From: Aplysia californica
Taxonomy: Eukaryota
Length of the DNA stretch: 60,905 nucleotides
Direction: 5' to 3'
Assembly: GCF_000002075.1 (NCBI RefSeq)
Contig: NW_004798372.1
Span: 81,338 to 142,242 of the forward strand
The notes under the pieces are model-generated. The model ran no database searches and was not told the origin of the DNA. It worked only from the letters and a program-made list of their open reading frames with translations. This document shows positions 51,720 to 60,905 of the stretch, piece after piece (the stretch's first letter is position 1; every line of letters starts with the position of its first letter). The position numbers were made by a program, and so were the translations under genes.

Positions 51720-54700
51720 ATGGATGAAGAAACCCCTCGAAATATCATGACCCAAGCTTTGTTTGGAGACAGTGGAATGCTTAGTGCTGTCGCTTCCCTC
51801 CTGAGACAGCATAATGGCACCAAAGTAAGTGCAGTATAAATTGTTAAAAATAAAAAGGTTCCTGTTATTGACGAAACATGGTTATAAAATTGAGATTGCC
51901 ACTTTTACTGAGCTTTGATTGTGGAATGTTTTGAGTCTTGGATTTTTTATTTTTTTTTGGTATTGTATGACCTTTCATTCAACAGGATTTTCTGTCATGT
52001 CAGCTGTTTTTTTTCCTGCCAACAATCCTGTATTGTCTAGAATCTTCTGCTTTACATTTAGATGGCTTCCTTTTGAAACAGTGATATCAATTGTCAAATG
52101 TAATTTAATAACAATAATAACAGTTCTTTCATCAATGTCTGACAATGACCATAATTATATACCGTCTATAGTCTTTTGGTAAGGCTGCTGGACTCGCAGC
52201 AGGGCGCAGCTTTGAACCCCTATTGGATGCAATGTTGTATCTTTGGGAAAGACTCTTTTAACTCTTTATTAACATTTTTGTTACATCGTCTAAGCAGGAT
52301 GGGTACTTTTTTTAAAGTGAAAGATCATCTAAGCAGGATGGGTACTTTTTTTAAAGTGAAAGATATATATATATATATATATATTGTCAGTCAGTATATT
52401 TTGAGTGTCTGTAAAATGTCTGCTAATACTTCTCAGTGAATACTTCCCAGGACGCTGAAAATGTTTTAGAATGTTATAAGTCTGTCAGGGTAATAATAGG
52501 TTGAAAGTTGGGTAGAGCTTTGTTTCAAATAGGGATATAAAATGCACTTTATATGTGCAATCTATTAAGGTTGTTATTATTCGAATATAAAGCTTCTTTA
52601 TTCTTTTTACAGATATGTTTATAATTAGTGTATCTGCTTTATTGTACATTAGATTAGAGCCTGCAGATATTTAGCAGAACTGTACATCTAATTTTCACCT
52701 TTTTCTTCAGGTAGATGAATAGATGCAAGTAATGCTAAAAGATTAGGTACTTTTTATTAAAGGATTTCATTTTGGTGTACTATTTCTGAACAACTTGATT
52801 TAGATTATAATTATATTTATGTATATATATATGATACCAAAATTCAAACAGGAAAAAGAAGTTCAAATGTCGACGCCTATGTTGGTCCTTACCAGTGTGC
52901 CAGGAAAAGATTCTCTTCATGCGAATGTTGTCCTTGGCTCTGCTCTAGGAAAAACAGCTGGCATGAAACTCAAACCTGATGCGCCAACCTCTACCGAGGT
53001 GAGTGTTGCTTTAGTTGGGTTGTTTTTTTTCTGTTTTTTTCTTTTTGTGTACAGATATTCTCTCTTGAATTGAGATGAAATCCACTCATTCTAATAATCA
53101 TAATGAATAATATATTACTTTTTTATAATTTCTGATGTAGGTTTTTTTTTCTCTGCTGTAGTATTGTAATTTTACATATGATATATATAGAGTTGTAGAT
53201 TATGAATGAGAACGGTTTGTACTCTCAGTTTAGTATCATCTTGAAATGCAACATCTATACATATATAGCATAGAAGTAAAGAAATGGGAGTGGGTGGTTG
53301 GCGGATGCTCTGGTGTGGTTTGCTTCTTCTTTTCTATCAAACGTATATCGTCCTTATCTCCCCTTCTTCTGTTTTATGTTTGTTACTCTTTTGTAACACC
53401 TCTAATCTTCTGGTGCTTAATGACCTTATGCAGTTGCGAGGGCCGTAAAACCCTCGACTAAAACTATACTAAAAGAAATGGGATAGTGCACTGTGGGGAG
53501 GACCTATAGGCAGTAAGCCCATAGCTGTTCAAGTAGCCAAGAAGTGTTGAATGAAAAGCAATTTGGGAACTTCCCAAAAAGTTTCCGTTTTATGACATAA
53601 TAGTTTTGTACCCTTTTCTCTGTTTATTTTCCTAATGTACTGTGAGGAGGTCTTTGGAGTATGGAATAACTGTGTTTATAAGGAGAACTACAGTCTCCAA
53701 CACAATTCATTTGACAGAAGGTTAGATCTATAAGTTGCATTCATCTGAAGGAGGAAAGTGACATTGTGCTTTGATTTTTATTGGAGTGTATCTAAAGACA
53801 GTGATCTATCAGGTTATGTCCCCCTAAAGTGTCTCTCCTCCTTTCTATTCTTCCTATGTCAGTCTTTCTCACTTTTCCTCTTGTAATCTCTCTTCCTCTC
53901 CCTCCCTCTCCATCTTCCTCTTTCTCTCTATGTCAGTCTTTCTCACCCTTCCTCTCACTAACATTATTCATGTACCCCCCCCCCTCTCTCTTTCTGTCTA
54001 TCACTCTCTCTGTCTTCCTCTTTCTCTGTNNNNNNNNNNNNNNNNNNNNNNNNNNNNNNNNNNNNNNNNNNNNNNNNNNNNNNNNNNNNNNNNNNNNNNN
54101 NNNNNNNNNNNNNNNNNNNNNNNNNNNNNNNNNNNNNNNNNNNNNNNNNNNNNNNNNNNNNNNNNNNNNNNNNNNNNNNNNNNNNNNNNNNNNNNNNNNN
54201 NNNNNNNNNNNNNNNNNNNNNNNNNNNNNNNNNNNNNNNNNNNNNNNNNNNNNNNNNNNNNNNNNNNNNNNNNNNNNNNNNNNNNNNNNNNNNNNNNNNN
54301 NNNNNNNNNNNNNNNNNNNNNNNNNNNNNNNNNNNNNNNNNNNNNNNNNNNNNNNNTTTTTACATTGTCCTGTATGTTTTGTCTATAGCCCACTGGCATG
54401 CTATCCAGCCTGGAGGAAGTGCACGCCCTGGCCACAGCGAGCCTCGTGGCCTCCACACAGCGTGACATTGCACAACAGCTGGCACAGGAAGCTGATGGCT
54501 TGGACACGCCGCGCCCGTCCCGTTCGAGCAGGGAGAAGAAGACCAGACAACTGGACCCCCAAGCAAAAAGGATCCAAGTGAGCAAAGGTACATGGATAAG
54601 ACTGGAATTTTATTTTTTTGTTGTTGCTGGATATGATTAAAGTTTTTGTTGGGTCTTCAGATGAAAGCAAGGTTGAAGTGGGCTTTTTTTTTAATGAATG

Positions 54701-57316
54701 AGATAAAGTTTTCAAAACAGTTTTGAAGATAATGAACCATGACTTGGCAAAATGCATTTTTTTTGTTCTGCTTCAAAGACTTATTTTTAACAATTTAGTT
54801 AAGATTATTTAAATTTCTCATTCTGGATTTTTAAAATTTTCTGTTAAGATTATTGTATTTTCTTATCCTCGGCAGCAAAACAAGCAGTATTGAAGACAGC
54901 TGAGAGTAAAGTGACCTCGGAGATGAAGACTAATATTGTGGAGAAGACACAAGATTCTGTGCAGCCAAAAGCTTTAACCTGCTCATTTGAGGGTTGCAAC
55001 CGAAAGTTTGCCTGGCAGAATCACTTAAAGTATCATGAGCTGACTCACACGTACGTATGGACAGAGTGGTGTGGTGTGGGGTAGAGGATTGCATTTCTTT
55101 TCTATTGATTACTTTTGTCTAGTGTCTTGCTTTACCGAGTAAATGAGCTTTATGATTGTGTTTTTGTACTCTTACATAGGGACTTTTGCATCTGTTTCTC
55201 TCTTACAAAACTAATTTATTGTGCTATGTCCAACACAACTGAAATAAAACTCTTGTCAGTTTTCTACTGTAATATTTTGGAAATTAAGTAGCCTCATCTA
55301 AGATACAGATATATCTACATGTTTCTAAGATAAGTTTATCAATGATGGGCCAACTTTAACAATCACATGTGGCTGATGGAATAGTGAAGAATACTTATGA
55401 CAAGGAAGAAAATACAAGATACATATGTGTCATGACGTGGTGGAATCGGGCGCTCGTCAATTTTGGGGCATATGAGGTTATTGGTATCATCTTAAAGCCT
55501 GTTCTTTTGCCTTGCTTTAGGTGAAAACAAATATCCATCTTTGTTGAATAGAAGTGGAAATATTTGCGATTGAGGGAGGTCAGGGTCGCCTAGTTTCAGA
55601 GGTAAAATTAGCGAGAAAATGGCCGCCAAAGTTTGGCAATTTCCATTGATTGAGAGTCCTTGGAAACTAAAAATGTACTTTTTTTGTGCCTTTAATCAAG
55701 GTTTTTCAGTAAAATCCATGGAGAAATGTGTTTTTATGGATGTAAAAGGTGTTAAGCCAAAAACAGAAAATTAGAAAAAATTGCTGAATGGCAAGGAAAA
55801 CGTCAATTTCTTTGATTCCATTATTTTGATGAGCTCCTGATTTCACCACGATGCCTCACATATACTTAAAATCAGTGGGTTGAAGAATGTGGAGTTGGCT
55901 ACAACAAATGGGGGATTGCAAAAAGCGACAACTATCACCAACAATGCCCCCCCCCCCACACACACACACACACACACACTCCAATGTAGGGGGCTCTTGT
56001 GTTCTAAAGGTATGGTGTTCGTCTCACATTCAAAAGGTCTGGGGTTTGAAATCTGTCTGCGGCGAAAAAATGTCCTTCTCTAAAAAAAATTGTCCTCTCA
56101 CGCCTATTTCCTGTTCTCGAGTTCTGTTCTGTCATCTGCTATCATTTCCACCCTCTCCCTTCTTCCACCACTTGCCTCCTCTGGGCTCCTTTCTCCTTTA
56201 CCCATGACCTTTTCTACTGCTACTTCTGGCTTCTTCTTACTATTGTCTTTCAGCTTCCCCTCTAATCTTAGGGTCGGTAAGATCGAACACCTTGCCTTCT
56301 TGAATAAGGATGAAAAATTTCTGAGTCTGAGGTCCCATGTGCAATTGGCACACGTAAAAGATCCGTTGGTGGTCTTAACCCCCGTCCCGCTATGCGCGTT
56401 CATCTACGCGAAGTAGGTCACTGCTCGAATAGCGCTGCGTGCGTACATCTACGCTCGCCGCCTGGCAGGGCGGGAAGCGCGCGAGTGGTAAATCTACGCT
56501 TCTAACCCTGACCTTCTTCAATGGAAAATTACTAATTCTTATTTATAGTAACATGACAACATCTATTACAAGATAGTTTATAAATATCATCCAATCAAAA
56601 TTCAGTTGTTCTTTTCCCGCTAACCTTCGAGATAGCGTCGCGTGGGACGCTGCAACAAGCCCTATTATCTCTTGACCTTTGGTCTGCTTGCTTGCTATCG
56701 GCTATCAGAGAGCGCACGTCCGAGAAAGTAAACACCTCTTTTGTTTTGCATTTTCGCGTTCTTTTTCCAAGTATTTCCAAGTTTAAAGTCATGGAAAATG
56801 ATGGAAGCATTCCTGAAGTGCTTGATTTGAGCAATCCTGACCACCTACGTCTTTTGATGGAGGCAAATGTGAGATATTTTGACCCCCCACTATCGGAGAC
56901 AGAGTCTGCTACTGCTTCCACTTCCAGCAATGTTTCTAGCGCTTCTCCTACTCCAGTGGATAGCTCATCATTGGAGCTTTCGTCACTGGTTGACAGTGAT
57001 TTGGAAGAGGATTTGTCTGAGCCCATCAACCCCCCTACGAGAGAACCTTTATCAGATGATGAAGATGAAACTCAACAAAGTAGCACGGATGAAGAACGGG
57101 GATGGAGGAGAGGTGCAACCAAGCCACCATCATGGGAGTTCAGTGGAACAAGTGGACTGCAGAGAGAGTTGAGTGACCCAACACCCCTTGGCTACCTCAA
57201 GCTACTCATCGACGATGACATGATGCAGAGCATAGTTGATGAAACAAACAGGTAAGTGTTGTGCAGTTTTATGTATAGATCTTAGCTAAAAAAATTGCAG
57301 TGAAATGTCCTTCTAC

Positions 57317-57373
<57 letters not shown>

Positions 57374-60264
57374 TGTGTGTGAGCGTGCGTGCATGCGTGC
57401 GTGCATGCGCGTTTGTGTGTGTGAGTGTGCGTATGTGTGCGTAGGTGTTTCATGCACATAGTGATATCATCAGGTTTTCAGCTGTTATTTGAGAATAAGT
57501 GAGAGGCATGGAAGGAAGGATAAAGTCAAAGAGTGAATATTCAGAGCATGATAACAAAAAATTAATGTGTACAGTAAAGAAAACATACAAATTCAATGTT
57601 ACATACACATCCGCAAATTATTTTTAGCTAAAGTCAAACTAATAGCTTTCTTATTGTTTCTATTTCAGATATGCTCAAACTTCGTTGGCAAACAAGACCC
57701 TTACCCCCAGCTCTCGCTTTCGCAAGTGGACCGATGTGACCCTCGAAACCATGTGGGCTTTCTTTGGACTGATCATCGGCATGGGGCTTATCATCGTGGA
57801 CGACCTTGAAGAGTATTGGTCCACTGACCCAGTCTATGCTCTCCCCCTCTTCCGATCTGTCATGTCAAGGGATCAGTTCAATCTGATTTTATCATATTTG
57901 CATCTCTGCAACAACGCCGACAATCAGCCGCGGGACAGTCCGAATTATGACCCATTATTCAAGATCAGGAAATTTGTTGATGCCTTGAATAACAATTTTC
58001 AGCGGACCTTCCACCCTGGGAAAGACATAGCTATTGACGAAGCTATGGTTGCTTGGAGGGGTAATTTGTCCTTCCGCGTATATAATCCTGACAAGCCGGA
58101 CAAATTCGGAATCAAGGTTTTTCAGCTCTGCGACAGCCAAACTGGGTACTGCAGCAACCTTGAGTTCTACACAGGGAAAAAAGCTCCGTCAGCGAAAGGG
58201 GCAACATTTGATGTTGTGGAGAGGCTCATTAGGCCATATATCAACTGTGGACGCACCCTGTATGTGGACAATTATTATACAAGCCCTGACTTGTTCACGT
58301 ACTTGAAGGAGCAGAGAACGCTGGCGTGTGGCACGATGAGAATAAACCGTAAAAATGGCCCACCCAAAACGATGATCCCGAAGTTGAAGAAAACAGAGAA
58401 GGAGACCGTTGCCCTTACGAACGGAGTGATCACCCTCCTTCGATTTTTTGACAAGCGGGAAGTCAATGTACTTACCACTGCACATGACAACTCTGTAGTT
58501 GACACTGGTAAAGTCAACAGGAGTACTGGAGACCCCATTATAAAACTCCATGCAGTGAATGAGTACAATAAACTCATGGGCGCCGTAGATCGCAGTGATC
58601 AAATGGTGGCGTACAATGCGTTCAAACGCCGTACTCTTAAGTGGTGGAAAAAAGCTTTTTTCCACATGTTCGGGCTCGGCGTCTTGAACGCATATCTTAT
58701 CTATCGAGCCACAACACCAGCAAGGGGCCAGCAATCCCACCGTATTTTTAGGAGAGAGCTTGTGAAACAGCTGGTGTCCCAAGCGCCAGTCGGAAGATCC
58801 CCTGCGTCAAAGTCAGGCAGAGAGCTAGGAGAATCAACAATATTCCGCCTCACAGCTAGGCACTTTCCAACCCCCATCCTCCCAAAATCTGACGCAGCGA
58901 AAAAAAGGAAGCCGCAGAGAGATTGTGCGGTATGCACTGAAAAGGGGAATCGCAAACAAAGTCGATTCGAGTGCACATCCTGCGATGTGGGGCTGCATGT
59001 GCATCCGTGCTTTCAGATCTTTCACACTTGTGTGAATCCTCGACGAGCCTTCAAAAGGCGACATCCTTCGGGAGAGGCCCAGGCTGAGTAGCCTGACTCC
59101 CAAGGCCGACAGATTTGGGAAAGGGGGATATGGGATGGGGTACTGTTACAGTGTAAATTTTCTATGTTGTAGGCCTACATGTTGTGTAATGTATAAGTGT
59201 GGTGGAAATCATTTTTGTGACTGGTGTGTGAATTATTCGTGGATTACTGGTACAGTTTTCTTCAATTCTGTTTTGGATTACCATTGATGTCTGCAGAATT
59301 CTACAGAAAAGGTCAGATTATTTTTGTATTCTNNNNNNNNNNNNNNNNNNNNNNNNNNNNNNNNNNNNNNNNNNNNNNNNNNNNNNNNNNNNNNNNNNNN
59401 NNNNNNNNNNNNNNNNNNNNNNNNNNNNNNNNNNNNNNNNNNNNNNNNNNNNNNNNNNNNNNNNNNNNNNNTTGGCTTTTATGCAAAAGATTTCTTATTT
59501 AGAAAATCATATTTTTTAAAATCATCAAATATATGGGAATACATTTATGTTTTCATATGGGCAATTCAATGCTCTTTAAGAAAATATATAGTTTAGCGGG
59601 GTTTAATAGGATTATAAAGACACAATGAGTAATTTTCTAACACATGGTAGGAATGCTCTATTTTAGCCAGCCACACCCCCATTGTTTTTAGTGGCAACCG
59701 GGAACCGCCCAGTGGAATTATGATAGCGCTTCCGGTTGACCTCGATCGCGGAAGTAGGGTTAAAATTGATAAAAGTAGGCTTTAGCTGCCACGTGGGTAA
59801 AATTCAAAATTAATTCATACCAAAACTGAAAATACTCTTGTCAGTATTAAAAGATAAGAGTACTTTTGAAATTGGAATGTGACTGCCTGAGGGCAAGGAG
59901 CCCTTCTAAGTAGATAAAATGGTCAGTATATGTAAAAATCAGTTGCACACTGCAGGTTGAAGAACCAACAGTCGGCTACCCTTGAGATCTAGCAGGGAAG
60001 GGCAAAGAAGAAGAAAAGTGTGAACATGTTGTGATTTTTCGTGGACTAGCTGGACTGGCTTTGTCTTTGTTTTTATTCTCAGCAATAACCGGCAACACAA
60101 GTGCCCAGTAGAGGCTTGTGACAAAACCTTCTTCACAGCCCAGCGTCTCAATGTACACCTACGGACACACACAGGGGAACGACCGTTTGCATGTTCCCAC
60201 CCAGACTGTGGGAAAAGCTTTACTACGGCGGGGAACCTGAAGAACCACCAGCGTATTCACACTG
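51720..60264 (+). CDS. ZNF410: ZNF410-like C2H2 zinc-finger transcription factor, 5' part (continues beyond window)
   Basis: Predicted exons 51720-51824, 52852-52998, 54389-54587, 54876-55050, 60083-60264 (phases 0,0,1,2,1). Fingers [23 protein letters not shown] / [23 protein letters not shown] / [23 protein letters not shown] match ZNF410 ZF1-3 as I recall them ([27 protein letters not shown]). Motif [19 protein letters not shown] resembles ZNF410 RVQELAHDSLIAATRAQLA. The first two exons are less certain and the N gap at 54030-54356 could hide sequence. Confidence 0.82.
52176..52570 (+). mobile_element. Degenerate family-B SINE with an internal 39-bp tandem duplication
   Basis: Similar to 49366-49730 (TGTATCTTTGGGAAAGAC, GGGTAATAAT.GGTTG, ATAAAATGCA..TTAT); duplicated unit TCTAAGCAGGATGGGTACTTTTTTTAAAGTGAAAGAT at 52289 and 52328. 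Confidence 0.55.
53290..53467 (+). repeat. Dispersed ~170-bp repeat, probable 3' end of a LINE
   Basis: GTGGGTGGTTGGCGGATGCTCTGGTGTGGTTTGCTTC...ACACCTCTAATCTTC...ATGACCTTATGCAGTTG...GCCGTAAAAC; at least five further copies in the window. Confidence 0.75.
55423..55863. mobile_element. ~440-bp MITE (copy 2, opposite orientation)
   Basis: Shares e.g. AGAGGTAAAATTAGCG.GAAAATGGCC.CCAAAGTTTGGC with the reverse complement of 50310-50741. Confidence 0.78.
56791..59091 (+). CDS. piggyBac transposase (PGBD4-like), 627 aa, two exons
   Basis: Exon 1 56791-57251 (acidic Ser-rich N-terminus), intron 57252-57668 (GTAAGT...TTTCAG), exon 2 57669-59091. Splicing restores the conserved ETNRYA motif. Catalytic DDD context IDEAM / VDNYYTS / GAVDRSDQ, C-terminal Cys-rich domain CAVC...[18 protein letters not shown], no stops or frameshifts. 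Confidence 0.92.
57318..57445 (+). repeat. Compound (GT)n/(GCGT)n microsatellite inside the transposase intron
   Basis: Directly visible. Confidence 0.95.
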
Positions 60265-60377
60265 GTAGGAAGCATGTTGCGTAATAGTTATGGGCCTATG
60301 TGGTGGGTGCTTTAGTGTGGTCTATTTGTGCTGTTATTTCTTTCCAGTGTGCCATTCCTGTCCAGTTAAAGTCTTAA

Positions 60378-60905
60378 GGGGATCCGCGGGTCTCGATCCT
60401 CTAGAAAATCGGGTATTTGCTTTAAAAAAAATGGAACTTCGAGTATTTGGATATTCTTACAGAAAAATATGTCAAGAATCTGTTTGTGAAGGTCCCAAAA
60501 CCTAAAGAGACCTCTAATAAATATAAAAATGTATTTGAAAGCGGTAGGGGGGGCAAAAAAATTCAAACAAAATGTCAAGAAATGCTAAACTTTACCCCTT
60601 GACAACAACACTTTCCGTGGCTGCAAGGTAATCAAGTTTGGTATCGTTGGAAAGGCCGTGATAAGAACTATTCGATTATTGCACTTTCATTTTCGTACGG
60701 AACTACTCTGGGGACCCATTTAGGTATGTTTGAAGATCCCGTACCAAATACCGGTTGGCCACTTCCGTCACATGACCGGACCGTGAATTTTCATTCGCCG
60801 AGCCGGTAGCAACGAAGGGGATTCCCCTCGCGGGCCATTGTTTACACTGCGTGCCGAAAGACAGAACGTGAACGTTTTCGCTGCATTTCAAAGAGTTTTC
60901 TATCG
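60378..60905. mobile_element. Probable DNA transposon end (TTAA then GGGG, Kolobok-like) running off the window
   Basis: TTAA|GGGGATCCGCGG follows a partial ~170-bp repeat copy, then CpG-richer sequence; the other end is not visible. Confidence 0.35.

Larger units (their letters stand above)
56379..59759 (+). mobile_element. Full-length piggyBac DNA transposon (about 3.4 kb) inserted in a SINE within a ZNF410 intron
   Basis: TTAA duplicated at 56375-56378 and 59760-59763. Ends CCC...GGG with imperfect TIRs (CCCCCGTCCCGCTAT vs reverse-complement CCCTACTTCCGCGAT). The interrupted SINE resumes exactly after the right TTAA. Contains a transposase gene and an N gap at 59333-59471. Confidence 0.93.
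55989..59842 (+). mobile_element. tRNA-derived SINE (family A) split by the piggyBac insertion (parts 55989-56374 and 59764-59842)
   Basis: Left part ends ...GATCCGTTGGTGGTC|TTAA, right part resumes AATTGATAAAAGTAGGC, collinear with the intact copy near 36880 (GGTGGTCTAAAATTGATAAGAATAGGC). Confidence 0.85.

Noticed and set aside
53829-54585. Long ORFs spanning the N run
   Set aside because: Artefacts of translating the gap 54030-54356 and CT-rich low-complexity DNA.
58189-58782. 197-aa antisense ORF over the transposase
   Set aside because: Shadow frame of a coding strand with no recognisable motifs.

Overview
Eukaryotic (metazoan, probably lophotrochozoan/mollusc-like; not provable from this window) genomic DNA with spliceosomal GT-AG introns. 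I assembled four protein-coding genes by hand: the first coding exon of COQ6 (- strand, 3036-3210), head-to-head with a complete 5-exon FAM161-family gene (+, 3434-12513); a complete 24-coding-exon exportin-1/CRM1 gene XPO1 (-, 19762-43020, about 1074 aa); and the 5' part of a ZNF410-like C2H2 gene (+, 51720 to beyond 60264). The introns hold many transposable elements: tRNA-derived SINEs, an RTE LINE fragment, LINE 3' tails, TTAA and hAT-type MITEs, and a foldback DD41D mariner relic. Two observations stand out. (1) An apparently intact piggyBac element whose transposase gene has its own intron is nested at a TTAA inside a SINE, inside a ZNF410 intron, in sense orientation. Its splice sites are phase-compatible with the host exons, so in-frame ZNF410-transposase chimeras are possible, by analogy with CSB-PGBD3. 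(2) The COQ6-FAM161-XPO1-ZNF410 cluster looks like the unsplit ancestral version of two human paralogous neighbourhoods (FAM161B/COQ6/ZNF410 and FAM161A/XPO1). Exon models are manual predictions without RNA evidence, and there are two N gaps (54030-54356, 59333-59471).
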